Assembly: GCA_951406725.2 (NCBI GenBank)
Contig: OX597816.1
Location: 139,686,001-139,750,000 of the forward strand
Direction: 5' to 3'
Origin: Octopus vulgaris
Taxonomy: Eukaryota
Length of the DNA: 64,000 bases
Under the pieces are notes generated by a model, which saw only the letters and a list, made by a program, of their open reading frames with translations, searched no databases and had not been told where the DNA came from. Both the position numbers and the translations under genes were made by a program. This document shows, in pieces, positions 27,027 through 39,788 of the stretch. The stretch's first letter is position 1. The number at the start of each line of letters is the position of its first letter.

Positions 27027-27244
27027 TATATATATATATACATATATATATGCATACCATGTATGCATGTGTATATGTAAGTGTGTGATTATATTCAGGT
27101 GTCATTGCATGTATGTATGTATGTAATGTGTGATGTTGCTGTTGTAATTATCATTCAGTCACACATGACTGAAGGGGCAAGGAACCAGTTCAAAATAGAA
27201 AGACTGAAAAACTTATTAGTTTGTTACTTAAAATCGGTATATAG

Positions 27245-28795
27245 TCATGGGACAGCTGCTGCCCCCAAACGATGTCCGTATAAAGTTGAATAAGGAGATA
27301 GATATGCTCCTCCGATGCTGTTCAGTGGGATTCCACCAGAGACCCCTGATGGGACACTTGTGTATGGAGTTTTATAAGGATGATACCTAGCTGCACTAAG
27401 AAGACTACCTACAGGGCTTATACTCGTGGGATACGTTCTTCTTAGTGAATTCGGGCTGATAGATCCCGTAGTAGTATATTGTCCGTGACAGCTCGGCAAG
27501 GATACAGAGGGGAAGGAAAGGTTGTAGCTAGCAGCAAGAGCTGCTGTGTCGTTGACTGTTGTATGTGTCCTTAAATGTTGCAGAAGTTCTTCAGATGTCG
27601 AGAATCGCTTGCCACAGTAATCGTTTCCAGCTACCCATGAGCAAATATAAGGTAATTGCGTGCCAAGCATAGAGTGAGGATAAAAAGACGTGCCAAACCC
27701 TAAGGATGGATTGGCAGTTAAAGCTGCACCCGGAGTGCCCAAGGTTGATACAGAAGAAAGCATAGGTAAACCGGCAGCAGAAGTAAGACCCAGACTGCTT
27801 GTTTGTAAAAGAGACTTTTCATGTGCACATTGTGTACATCCAGGGGAAGTGCATGTTGAGGATAAGTGTGCATTCTGAAGAGTCATTTGGCAATTGGTGC
27901 AATAAGGATCACGACAAACCGGTACCAATGTTGTAGCCCCAGTTGGGGTTCGTACCCGAGCATATGCAAAATATGGAGAAACAGCTGATGGTTGAGCACC
28001 AAGTTTCAAAGGAGAGGAATTAGCTGCAACTGCCGCTGCAGCCGATGCTAGGCTGAGCCCAGCATGAGCAGCCAGATGTGAAGGATAAACTGGACTGTTT
28101 CCGGCAGCATCCATAGGTATGCCATGTCCTACGAGTGGCAAACAACCATAACTGGCTAGAGAGGCCGCAGGGAGAGTTGATAAAAGCGAAGGGTGACTGG
28201 CAGACTTGAGACCACCACCGACCAATGAGGAATGCGTTAACAAAGATGGTGTATGTTGTGAAAGTGAGGTTTTTGTAATTCCTGCAGAGTCGGGATGACT
28301 CAAGTCCGACACACTTCCCATACTCATTCGACCAGAACTAGTTAAAGATGCACTCGTACAATTGGCAGACATTGGCCTAGATATGGAAGAACAGTTTACA
28401 GAACTCTCTGAAGATGACAGTGAGCTCGATGAAGACGATGATTTATGACTACCGCTGTGTACTTCTGTCGTTGGCGAGGAAACGCTGGTTCTCTCACTGG
28501 AAGAACTTGAAATTGGTACCAGAGGTGGAATCTCTTTTGGTGGGATCGTGCGAAACCCGGGCTTTCCTGATTCACGCCCAGATTCTTTTTTCTCGCCATT
28601 TTCTGAATTCCGTTTGATGTCGATCGATTTCTCAGAGTGGTGTAAATCCTTCAAAGATTTCTCTTTTAGGTCTGATGATCCATTTTCTTTCTTTTCAATT
28701 GGTGGGATAATCTGTTTAGAAGATGGACTGGTGTCTTTACCAATGCTGCTGCAGGTTTGCGCCAGAAGAGCTAGGGGACTCTTTTTAGCGTCCAA
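27245..28795 (-). CDS. noc: Terminal coding exon of a NET-family (NocA/Elbow/ZNF503/ZNF703-like) C2H2 zinc-finger transcriptional repressor; 5'-partial
   Basis: 516-codon ORF with the Sp motif LDAKKSPLALLAQTCSSIGK, Buttonhead box CRDPYCTNC, atypical C-x8-C finger CSWVAGNDYCGKRFSTSEELLQHLRTH, RYHPY and C-terminal SPYSTLYGHRLG. The first codon is TTG (Leu), directly after a polypyrimidine tract and AG, so this is an exon start and not a start codon. Orthology to noc versus elbow, or ZNF503 versus ZNF703, cannot be resolved here. Confidence 0.96.
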   Translation of the reverse strand: MDAKKSPLALLAQTCSSIGKDTSPSSKQIIPPIEKKENGSSDLKEKSLKDLHHSEKSIDIKRNSENGEKKESGRESGKPGFRTIPPKEIPPLVPISSSSSERTSVSSPTTEVHSGSHKSSSSSSSLSSSESSVNCSSISRPMSANCTSASLTSSGRMSMGSVSDLSHPDSAGITKTSLSQHTPSLLTHSSLVGGGLKSASHPSLLSTLPAASLASYGCLPLVGHGIPMDAAGNSPVYPSHLAAHAGLSLASAAAAVAANSSPLKLGAQPSAVSPYFAYARVRTPTGATTLVPVCRDPYCTNCQMTLQNAHLSSTCTSPGCTQCAHEKSLLQTSSLGLTSAAGLPMLSSVSTLGTPGAALTANPSLGFGTSFYPHSMLGTQLPYICSWVAGNDYCGKRFSTSEELLQHLRTHTTVNDTAALAASYNLSFPSVSLPSCHGQYTTTGSISPNSLRRTYPTSISPVGSLLSAARYHPYKTPYTSVPSGVSGGIPLNSIGGAYLSPYSTLYGHRLGAAAVP

Positions 28796-28815
28796 CTAGA
28801 AAAGAAAAAGAAAAT
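28796..28815 (-). promoter_or_regulatory. 3' splice acceptor (phase 0) of the NET gene intron
   Basis: Minus strand reads ATTTTCTTTTTCTTTTCTAG|TTGGACGCT, with AG at 28797-28796. An intron immediately before LDAKKS matches my recollection of NET gene structure. Confidence 0.9.
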
Positions 28816-30881
28816 AGCAAAAATGAGAAATGGTACAAAAGGTAAAAGTAAAAGAAAAAATAATAAATCACGAAATTTTAAGTAAAATTACGATTAAAAA
28901 AAGATAATGATGATGATAATGAAACATATTTCTACAATAGATCTGTAGTTTTGTCGTAAATTTGTTGTAAATTATTTGGGGATTAGTTTGGAAAATCCCA
29001 GCTATGAATAAAAACTAATGATCAGAAACTGTGATAGTGTATAAAATGATGTGATGCTTTATATGATAAAAGGCATAATTATTGCATGTAATATGTTTGG
29101 TGATGTTATGATAGAATTCATAATGATAGTATGGAATATTGTATGCAAATAATATATGACAACGCAAATTGGTATGTAATATGTAATAAACATCTGTGTG
29201 TGTGTCTATATGTGTGTAATGCATTGTTGTGTGGCAGTATGAAACAATAATAACATGTATTATGACGTAACGGTGGTATGTGACACTATATAATAATGGT
29301 ATGCTGCTATGTGATATAGTCCAGATATACGATAGATACTTTATAAGCTTTAATTATGATATGCAGTGAAAGCAAAAATTACGACACGGAGATGTCATCT
29401 ACATATAATATAAACGGTATACGATAATACCGTATTAAATATAACAAAACTATGTGGAAAATCACTTACAACTAAGATTAAATTCTCGGGTACAACAACG
29501 GCATACCTTCTAATTACACACACACACAGGTGTACACACATACTAACACGTACACACACATACACACTCAGACGCTTACAGTATACGTGTCTTAATGCAA
29601 TATATATATTATGCATGAATAATATATATACATATATATATATATAAATGCATACATAATATACATATACATACATAATATATTTCCACATGTATATGCA
29701 TATATATGCATATAAAATATATATGTATATATATGCATATAGAATATATATGTATATATATATATGCATATAATATGTATATATATATATGCATATAATA
29801 TATATACAGACACATATATATACATGCATATATATATATACATACATACATACATATATGTATACATACATTTAAATATACATATATACACCTTCATGCA
29901 TGCAAATTTATATACATGTAAACATAGACATGTACATATTTGTGCGCGCGCGTGAGTGTATATTCAAATAGACTATTAACTCATAACAAAGCGCCAATGC
30001 TAAAATGAACACATAACATCCATAATTTGCATCACAAAACCAATCAATCAAAGCACCCAACGCACCCCAACACCAAAATTAAACACCCGATTGATGACAA
30101 TGAAATGAAAGATTCAACAGCTTTTTCAAAGTTTAATTACATAGAAATCAGGTGAGCGCACATATTGCACTTAATCGGGAAAATGAAACGTGTGCTGGTA
30201 TGATGCATTAGAAGCGTTGACTCAAAACGTGCGGCACTATACGCAGTGCACAGGTCGGAAATCCCTGTTTTACTTCTTCCAGCTGTAAGTATTGTCTGGT
30301 AACGATTTTTTGGGAACTTTGTACGTGTAGTATGGCGGACAAAAGGAATCAAGCTCAACCGACAGAAAGCGATGGGGAAAGGCTTAATTGTCATTGTTTT
30401 TATGTATACCTAATAGCAGTATGCAAAGCTGTGCCTGCATACGTGGGTTTGAGTGTGTAGGGAAGAGAAAGAGAGAAGGAAGGAAAGAATCATAGAAAGA
30501 GAGGAAGGAAGAAAGAAAAAGAAAGAAGAAAGAATACACGTGTAATAGACTGAAACCAATTTCGTTAGTTTTTCTTTCCTATGTTCTGCTGCGAAAACAT
30601 TCAGTTTGTTTATTTGAAGAAGAAACAAATAGAAAGAAGAAAAAAAACATTTAAACAAAATTTATCGTATTTTGCTGTTAGTAGCATAATAATCGATGGT
30701 GAGGACTTTTGCTGATTTCAGCGGTGCAATTTTGTTCACTATTTATGCCATATTATGTTCAACATCCGAAAGATCGCTTTAACTTCTTTTCCTTATCTGA
30801 CGAATTTCAAAAAAAAAAAAAAAAAAAAAAACCTGCAAGGGTCTAACTTTAGAAAATTATGACACAAGCGACTACACACAC

Positions 30882-30925
30882 ACATTCTGATGACGGCCAG
30901 CAGACTGAAACTTCGAAGTCGCTGT
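30882..30925 (+). ncRNA. Candidate minimal type I hammerhead ribozyme
   Basis: CTGATGA (30887-30893), imperfect stem II GGCC-AGCA-GACT, GAA, perfect palindrome ACTTCGAAGT, GUC triplet at 30918-30920. Stem I is imperfect. Confidence 0.55.
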
Positions 30926-31239
30926 CACCCCTCTTGTAAAAGTTTGATAAACCTGTACTCTACTAAAAAGTAGTTGAGTAATTCTTCTGCTTAATACTAA
31001 ACGCTTTTTATATATAACTTGGACCTAAAGCAGAAGGGCAGATAAACACAAGTCGAGTTAATGTGTGTTTTATTTATCTATTTCCACAAAAGCTAGACGA
31101 ACATCCTTCTTAAGCCTAACTTTAAGCGCCGGCGGTACGCTTCCCGGATGAAGGTATTAAATTTTAAATTTTCATCCATTTGAGCTCCACTCAATCTATA
31201 TTTATACCACGCTTGCTTCGTATTCCCCAATATCCTGTT

Positions 31240-31280
<41 letters not shown>

Positions 31281-31764
31281 CAGAAAACCTGGTCTTCAGG
31301 GACACTTTCACAGCGACTCAATATTAGCTACACGTCCCTGCTAGATAGAACAATATTAACGGTGTTGTATAACAAAAACTACCTATGTTCGCAGACACCA
31401 TTTTCTGCTAAAAGCTGTAGCACCCATCTCAATTACAAACGGTTATATTTATATTTTGTTGCTGCGCTGTTATGGATTTATTACGTCATATCTTCATATT
31501 TACTGTTCTTTTCCTTCCCTTTCGTCTGATTTATGTCCTGTTTTAACTCGTACACTTACATAAGTTGTCCAGGACTATATAGCAAAGACATTCATGCACG
31601 TGTATGTATGTACAGAGAGGAGAGAGAGAAAGTGTATATGTCTGTGTGTATACAAAGAGAGAAAAGGAGAGAGAGAGAGTGCGTGTGTGTATAATTTTAT
31701 TGAAGCCAGAAAAACTTCACAAGCATGTTACTTAGAATTTCATGTAACCGTTCATCAGGCAATT

Positions 31765-32010
31765 GTGCTCATGGCGTTGTAATCATGATTGTAAGGTTGT
31801 GGTTTTGATCCATCGACCGAGCGATGCGTTGTGTTCTTGACCAAATCACTTCATTTCACGTTGCTCCACTCCACTCAGCTGGCAAAAATGAGTAATCCTG
31901 CGACAGACCAGTGTTCTGTCCAGCGGGCAATGTAGTGGTGGTGGTAGGGATATATACGCTACAGAATTCGAGAAAACGTCCTCATGAGCCTATGGTTCAG
32001 GAAAGACCTT
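31765..32010 (+). mobile_element. SINE family C
   Basis: Aligns by eye with 23357-23592. Confidence 0.8.
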
Positions 32011-32154
32011 TGATCCTCCTCTGATACATATTTTATATTCCGTTTATTACACTTAACCCAGATAACCTGCAGGAAGGCTGGAAACGGCGGCATGTGTTTC
32101 GAGAAAGCATCTCTCTAGATAGCTGGCTAGCTAGAGACAGAGAGACAGATAGGT

Positions 32155-32255
<101 letters not shown>

Positions 32256-32471
32256 CAGATAGACAGACAGACAGGTAGACAGACAGACAAATAGATAGAT
32301 GGACAAACAGACAGGTAGACAGACACATAAATAGATAGAAAGATAGACAAACAAATAGACAGACAGGTAGATAAATAGAAAGATAGACTGATAGATAAGT
32401 AGATAGACAAGTTGAGAGATAGATAGATAACTCAATAGATAAATAGACAGACAGACAGACAAACAGATAGA

Positions 32472-32515
<44 letters not shown>

Positions 32516-32982
32516 TAGGTTTGTAAATTTTTATATTTTATTTTTTTTACTGTTGTACAAGCAACAGACAAATGGAAGACATTAGTAGCAGTCATATTTA
32601 AATTGTTATAATAGTAAGTACATAATATTAACAAAAGAAAAAATATGTTAAATAAGATTATGCAAAATTCCTTATCATAGAAGAGATACTTGTATATTAG
32701 TGAAGCTATCGATGTAACTCAATCTGAAGACATCTCTCTGACGCCAAAGTCAAGTGTGGCTATTATTGATAGCTTTGAGTTTACTGAAATCCGAAACTTC
32801 TACAGAAACTAAAGAAATTGAGTAATAGTCGTAAGAAAGCTAGAATATGTTGAGATAATGTTAATTTGGTATTGTTTAATATACAAACAGTGTTGTCTGC
32901 GGGTTGTATTAAATTTACATTGATTTACTCGTCAAATTTAACGATGGCCGATCAGCCGTTAACAAAGCTAAATAAATGAATA

Positions 32983-33325
32983 GGCGCAGGCGTAGCTATG
33001 TGGTAAGAAGCTAGCTTTCCAGTCACATGGTTCTGGGTTCAAATACACAGCGTGACACCTTGGACAAGTGTCTTCTACTTATAGCCTCAGGCCGACCAAT
33101 GCTTTGTGTGTGTCTTTGTATTTGTCCCCCTCCCCCACGATCGCTTGACAACTAATGTTGTTTTACTTACGTCCCCGTAACTTAGCGGTTCGGTAAAACG
33201 GGCCGATAGAATAAGTACCACGCTTTAAAAAAGTACCGGGGTTAATTCATTCGGCTAAAATTCTTCAAGGTGTTGCCCCAGCATTGCCGCAATCTATTGA
33301 CTGGAACAAGTCAAAGATAAAAATA
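32983..33325 (+). mobile_element. SINE family A (older copy)
   Basis: GGCGCAGGCGTAGCTATGTGGTAAG head through GCCCCAGCATTGCCGC tail. Confidence 0.88.
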
Positions 33326-33492
33326 AGAGAAAGAAAGAAAGAAAGAAGATGAAAAAGCCTATAGCAGGTATAAAACAACCAATTTCGAGAAGTGGCCCAC
33401 ATGAGACATGCTTCATCATCAGACGGGTGGCACCATCAAAATATTCAAGATCATGTTTTGTTAGGTGTGCCATTCAGCAAGTACCACAAGCC

Positions 33493-33681
33493 GCAGTCTG
33501 TCCATAACTGGCCTAAAGTTATGCGCATGTATTTACTGCTTGTATTAGCATTTAGCATGTGTTATTCTTCAGGCTGGTGCAAGGATGCGAATCTATTTTA
33601 AGCGCCGCATGGTCGAAGTCATTGTCTTCGTTGATCTCCGATGGAGGAAGCGTAACTTTAGGTCAGTTATGGGCTGACTGC
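33493..33681. mobile_element. Small MITE-like element with ~32-bp TIRs
   Basis: GCAGTCTGTCCATAACTGGCCTAAAGTTATGC versus GCGTAACTTTAGGTCAGTTATGGGCTGACTGC (4 mismatches). No TSD seen. Confidence 0.6.
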
Positions 33682-33776
33682 ATGATACGGAGATTGCTCT
33701 TTACTTTCTATAGGTATGTATATATTATATACATACCTATAAAAAGTAAAGAGCAATCTGCGTACCACGCAGTCTG

Positions 33777-33838
<62 letters not shown>

Positions 33839-34391
33839 TGTGTGTGTGTGTGTGTGTATGTATGTATTTGTGCGCGCGCGCATGTGTGTAAGGATCAATG
33901 ATCTATAGGTCAGGTGGAATTTGATGATCTGATAATGCAATATTCAACTGCCTATAGATTTAAATGTATTTAAGCAATAAATGGAGCAGAGGCAGGGCAT
34001 TTGTCAAGGTTAAACAGCAGCTTAACAGCAAAGCTACAGCATTTACAAAGTGTTGAGAGCAACAACAGGTGCTGTATCCAGATGCTGTACAATAAACATG
34101 TTACGGGGTCGATCTCTGTTGCTGAGGATCATTACGCAGCTTGGTGTGATGATAGAAGGTTGTATAGGATGAACACACGCGCACAGGGGTGTGAGTGTAT
34201 GTCTAACTATATATATATATAAGTATGTGTATGTGTGTGTATAAATCTGTATGTATCCATCCATACACACACCGTTTTAAATTCTGCTGACTTTCCTCTA
34301 TTTTCTCCTTCTCTGACTATTGCTGTCTTCCACAAATCTTATTTTTTCTCCTTTCTCTCTTATATTCCTTTCTCCCACTTTCTTGCCTTAA

Positions 34392-34457
<66 letters not shown>

Positions 34458-34653
34458 TAAAACGAATGTTTCACAAATGGTAGCTTACTGGTAAAGCACG
34501 ACCACGTTTACATAGTTAGTTATGTATATGGTAAATGAAAGACTAAAGAGGGAAGATACGATGCTAGATATGTCGAAACAATTGTCACGATTAATAAAAA
34601 TCATCGTATCTTCCATCCTCTGTCTTTCATTCAGCACGAGTTAATATGATTTT

Positions 34654-34690
34654 TCTCTCTGACGATGGATTACAACTCGAAACGTCGGAT
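34654..34690 (+). ncRNA. Candidate minimal type I hammerhead ribozyme
   Basis: TCT-CTGACGA-T-GGATTACAACTC-GAAAC-GTC-GGA. The core and GUC triplet are intact; stems I and II are weak. Confidence 0.45.
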
Positions 34691-35005
34691 TTCTGTTTAT
34701 CCTCCACGACATAAAAGTTACACCATTGTGCTGCAGACAAGATACTATTCACTGTTAGACATTCACACATCTGAGTATGACTATACGCCGTTATATATTA
34801 TTATACACACGACGGGATTCTTTCCGTTTCCATCTACCAAATCCACTCACAAGTCTTTCGTCGGTCTAGGGCTATAGTAGAAGACCGTTGCCGAAGTTGC
34901 CAAGTAGTTGTCCTGAACACGGAACCATGTGGCTGAACAAGCAAATCTTTTACCACACAGTCACATCAGCACTTATATTTATACGCACACTGACATAGAT
35001 ATAGA

Positions 35006-35042
<37 letters not shown>

Positions 35043-36811
35043 TTCATTTACACACGCACAGCAAACATTTTATACCCGCACTTCTCAATCATAGTAGCCA
35101 GTAGTTATAAACAGAGAGGTTCAAAAACTTTTTTGGCTTTGAAACGATAATTAAAATCTTTATAGCTCATTTCATTATAATTTTATATCTAAATATTTTT
35201 AGTCCATTTTGTTGTATATATTTTTTGATAACGCATCGTTTTATAGATTATAGAAAAATGTCCTCATCAAAACTGAAGTTGTAACACTATAAGGTAACCC
35301 TGTTTCATTTTCCTGGTATACTTATTTCAAGTGCTTTTCTGACCCGGATAAAAGGCAGGATGAACAACAGGGTGGTAAACCAGCTATTTCGGAATCCCCG
35401 AGCTCCAGTAAAGAGGTGGGCGAAGACGGTGATGATGCTAGGAGAGCGTAAGGGGAGGAGCTGAAAAGGGGCCGGAGTAAACGAGACGTACATAAAGAAT
35501 TTCAATTGACCTCAACGGACCTCAGTAATTATCCTGTTTATATTAATGGTAAGGGGATTTTTTAAACCACCCTGTGAATATACAATGTGTGCAGCCGATA
35601 ACACGTGATGCAATGGCCAGATACCAATATTCAAACAGGAGTACAGTCACACGGTACGTAGAGTGAGAGACAGTTATTATGCAGTGCAGACAGCAAAATA
35701 TACAAACACACTGCTATGCAAGTCACACACTCTAAGTTATGTGATAGCACACGGTGGTGCGGTCAGCTGATATCTGCAGACACGTTGATGCGCAATCACA
35801 CACTGAGATACATCTATACTGTGCAGAGAGCAAAAATCTGTAAACACCGTGGTGTGCAATCACATACTGAGATACAGATGTTGACGTGCAGTGAGCAGAC
35901 ATTTATAAACACACTGGTGTAGAGTCACATATAGAGATGCAGTTACAGAGTGCAGTGAACAGATATCTATAAACTCACTGTTGTACAATGACACACAGAT
36001 AACCACACGGTGCAGTTAGCAGATATTTTTAGATTTATTGGTTTGTGTAGTAACACACAGAATAATGTTATTATACAGTGTAGCGAGTAAATGTCTGTAA
36101 ATACGTTGTTATAAATAAACACACGAGGGTAAGTTATACAACTCGAAGTACGGCTCATATACAGATAGTGATAAGAGAAAAAGAAAGTGATAAATGCAGG
36201 AGATAGAAGAGGAAAGATATATAAATAAAGGAATAGGCTGAAAGTGAGAGAGGGGGAAGGGGAGAGAGAAAGGAAGAAAAAAAAGAAATGAGTCATAGGG
36301 TTAATTTGTGAGGCTACAAACGAAATGGTTACAAGGTGGAACTATAAGACAGGGTAAGAAAAAAATGTGTGTGAGATGGAGATAAAGAGTGAAGAGAGGG
36401 AAAGAGAGTGAAGAGAAAAAAGGGAAATAGAGTGAAGAGAGAGAGAGAGAGAGAAAGTTAAGTAGAGAGAGTATACGAAAGAGAAAATGTTTATGCAAAA
36501 GAGAGATGAGTGAAAAGGGAACGGGTAACTTTGGGAAAGAGAGATATAAAGTGAGAGAGAAAGAGGTGAGTGCACGACAGAGAGAAAGATAGGGGGAATG
36601 CGTGGGAGAGAGAGAGGGAGAGAGTGTGTGTGTGTGTGTGTGTGTGTGCGTGCGTACATGCGTGAGTGTGTGTAAGCGTGCGATTGAAAGATACAGAAAA
36701 TTATGAGAAGACAAGGAAAGATATTAGAAGCAAAAGAAAAGAAAGAGAGAGAAACTACATAAGATAGCAAGAGATGTAGAGAAAGAGACAGAAAGAGATG
36801 AAATAAATAAA

Positions 36812-36856
<45 letters not shown>

Positions 36857-37228
36857 TAAAATTATGTCTTTCTGTAGACTATAATAGAAAAAGAACAGTT
36901 TTGTTAAGAGTCAGGAAATCTAAGTCAATTAACTATCATCTTATCACTCTATAGAACACTTTATTGACATGTCAAACTTTGATTTAACAATTATGTCAAT
37001 GGTAGGAGGTGTGTTCTGTGTGAATGTCTGTGTGTGTTTTACAAATGAATACATACGTACATACACACAGGTATGTTATACACTCGTACATATTTGCACA
37101 ATATTCACATTAAATATCAAACGATCATAGGAGAATCTACCTGGTCATACGACTGACGAGAAAAGAAATAACAGCTTGAATCGCTCTCAAAATCGCATCG
37201 CTCAATCATCATTAAAATAAAGGAGCTT

Positions 37229-37291
<63 letters not shown>

Positions 37292-37348
37292 ATGTATATA
37301 TATAAAGCAGAACGTGCTTTAGCTTAATATATAAAACAATTCCTCACC

Positions 37349-37408
37349 CAAGGCCAGATTAAATCCCATACCGGCCCTAAGCACTTAAAAGATTTTGGTG
37401 CCTCGCTC

Positions 37409-37443
<35 letters not shown>

Positions 37444-37805
37444 CACGCGTGTAATTCAAATTCTAAAAAGTAATAAACCAAATAATAAACAATTTTTTTT
37501 CTCAAAACGAAACTAATAGTAAGATGGAAAATGTTTATCTTTGTATACTTCCACTTAATTTACATTTGAAAAGTTTTTCCAAAGTTTTTTTTTTTTTTTT
37601 AATTGCGAAGTCTTTAATCAGATCCTCACTGTGGTACCATGAAAACTTCGAAATTATATTTCCGATAACATAAATCACTTCGAATATTATACTAGCAAAA
37701 AGTGATTTCCTTTTGTGCCGTAAACCATTTACTACTTTTGTGGTTTCCCCTTCAGTTGATGCCCTAAGCACGTGGTTATTTTGATTAATGGTTAATCAAG
37801 CGCTG
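37349..37805. mobile_element. Old hAT-like MITE
   Basis: Imperfect TIRs CAAGGCCAGATTAA/TTAATCAAGCGCTG, subterminal GCCCTAAGCAC near both ends, flanks TCCTCACC/TTCTCATC (6/8 match, possible TSD). Confidence 0.55.
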
Positions 37806-37934
37806 TTCTCATCACATATTTTGACAACGACAATGTTTTTTTTTATATTTTTGTAAGTGTATAAAATATAAGTATTGTACCAGGTTTAAATAATTATTTG
37901 TAAGACAAATCAAGACCCAGCGCCCCAAACACTT

Positions 37935-38024
<90 letters not shown>

Positions 38025-38958
38025 TATCTATATGTACATAAATATGCATACACACACATTTGTACGCGTATGTGTACATACATATAATACATACATACAG
38101 ACATACATACACACGAATACACAGATATTGACGACCAATGTTGCATTGCAACATAAATGATCCAATGTTTAGAGTCTTTGAATAAACCTGTCCAGGATCT
38201 ATTGAAACCACATATTTGATATTCAACTCTAAATCCTCCACGTAATCGCTCGTTCTGTTAAATGTAGCAACCAAATCCCTCCTTCTATAACACCATAGTG
38301 GCTTACAGAAGAAAAAATCACAAGGGATTATGCAGTTCTATGTAGTGTTTGTATCAAAAGATAACGGAATGGTCGCTTCTAGAACACCTTTGAGCATACG
38401 TCTGCTTTGACTTGAGCTGACCTGTTTATAAATATCGACCAAAAAAAAAAAAAACCCAACAAAAACAGCATAACTCATATATGTAGACCATCTATTGATA
38501 AGAGATGATAATCGATTGTCTAGACACTTTTTTTATTTTATTCACGTTTGAATTTAATATGATATCTATAGGCTGTCTTGGAAAAATAATTAGAATTTTT
38601 AGGTAGTGAAACTTTCAAAACCAAAAGGGAAAAATGGCAGGAAGATTCTGTACATTCTGGCACGGAGTTTCATCTCGAACGAAGTCAGCAGCATAAAAAT
38701 ACGGTAGAAGCAATGGACAGAGCAGGCCGTGAGTGATCCAAACAACGCGGTACACACCTATACGCATGTATACTTACAAACATACATATGTTTGTGAATG
38801 CTTGTGTGTATGTGGAAATGTTACTTCGTTGTTTCTACTATATAGGTCTGGATCTATATTTATACGTACATACATATAATCTATGCTTGTGTATCCATAT
38901 ATGTATGTATCCATATATGTATGTATCCATATATGTATATCCATATATATGTATGTAT

Positions 38959-39010
<52 letters not shown>

Positions 39011-39014
<4 letters not shown>

Positions 39015-39788
39015 CAGGGGAAAATACGAGCAAGAGAAATCATATTCTTAAGATTGTAAACCTGGAAAATTACAGGGCAAGTTGTTACACTTTGAACAGT
39101 TCAGGACAACTTATTATATCTGGTAAAGTACAGAACAAGAAAAAATTTACTTAATATATTGCAGCTAAGGATAAAATTTCAAATAAAATATTTAGATTTA
39201 GAAAATATTAGTTTTTATTAAAACTAAAAATTTTAATACAAGTTATTACCTCTATTTGTTATTACTCGTTACTTCTTATTGAAAATAAAAAATAACTCAA
39301 TTAAAAAATGTTTGCACTTTTAAAAAAATATATTTTTTGATTATTAATTAAAAATTTGAAAATAGGTTATAAAAAAATAATAGTTATATATAATTAGTAC
39401 AATAAATAGACGAATACAAAAATTAGTTACATATTACAGTAAAATCTACCTATAACAAATTCAGAGTAAAATTTGCCTACTATCCTACTTTGCATAAAAC
39501 TTTAGCTATATTGGTACTTTTGGCTCTCTTTTTTAAGTATTCTAGCGTGTCAATATTTTAACAAAATGGTGGTACCTTCTTTTTAATTATAATGTTACTT
39601 TATAAATTAAAATCAAATAATTTTTAATATTCAGATTTTATCCTTAGCTGCAATATTTTAAGTAAAAATTTTATTGTTCTGTACTTTACCAGATGTAATA
39701 AGTTGTCCTGAACATAGTTTGTCCTATAATTTTCCACGTTTATAATTTTAAGAATATTATTTCTCTTGCTCGTATTTTTCCATGTAAT
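39011..39788. mobile_element. AT-rich fold-back element with ~170-190 bp imperfect TIRs
   Basis: ATTACAGGGGAAAATACGAGCAAGAGAAAT...ATTGCAGCTAAGGATAAAAT is mirrored by ATTTTATCCTTAGCTGCAAT...ATTTCTCTTGCTCGTATTTTTCCATGTAAT. Confidence 0.85.

Noticed and set aside
24960-27244. Defined 3' UTR and poly(A) site for the NET gene
   Set aside because: Several minus-strand AATAAA candidates (about 26567 and 24995) in very AT-rich DNA. They cannot be chosen between without transcript data.
27690-28799. Short antisense and alternate-frame ORFs overlapping the NET exon
   Set aside because: Shadow ORFs of the real coding frame.
30265-30300. Candidate NET exon 1 (minus-strand QYLQLEEV)
   Set aside because: It lacks the PLP.T motif and matches only four residues.
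35367-35575. Tc1-like MITE (ACAGGGTGGT...ACCACCCTGT)
   Set aside because: Only a 10-bp inverted match, no TA TSD and no second copy.
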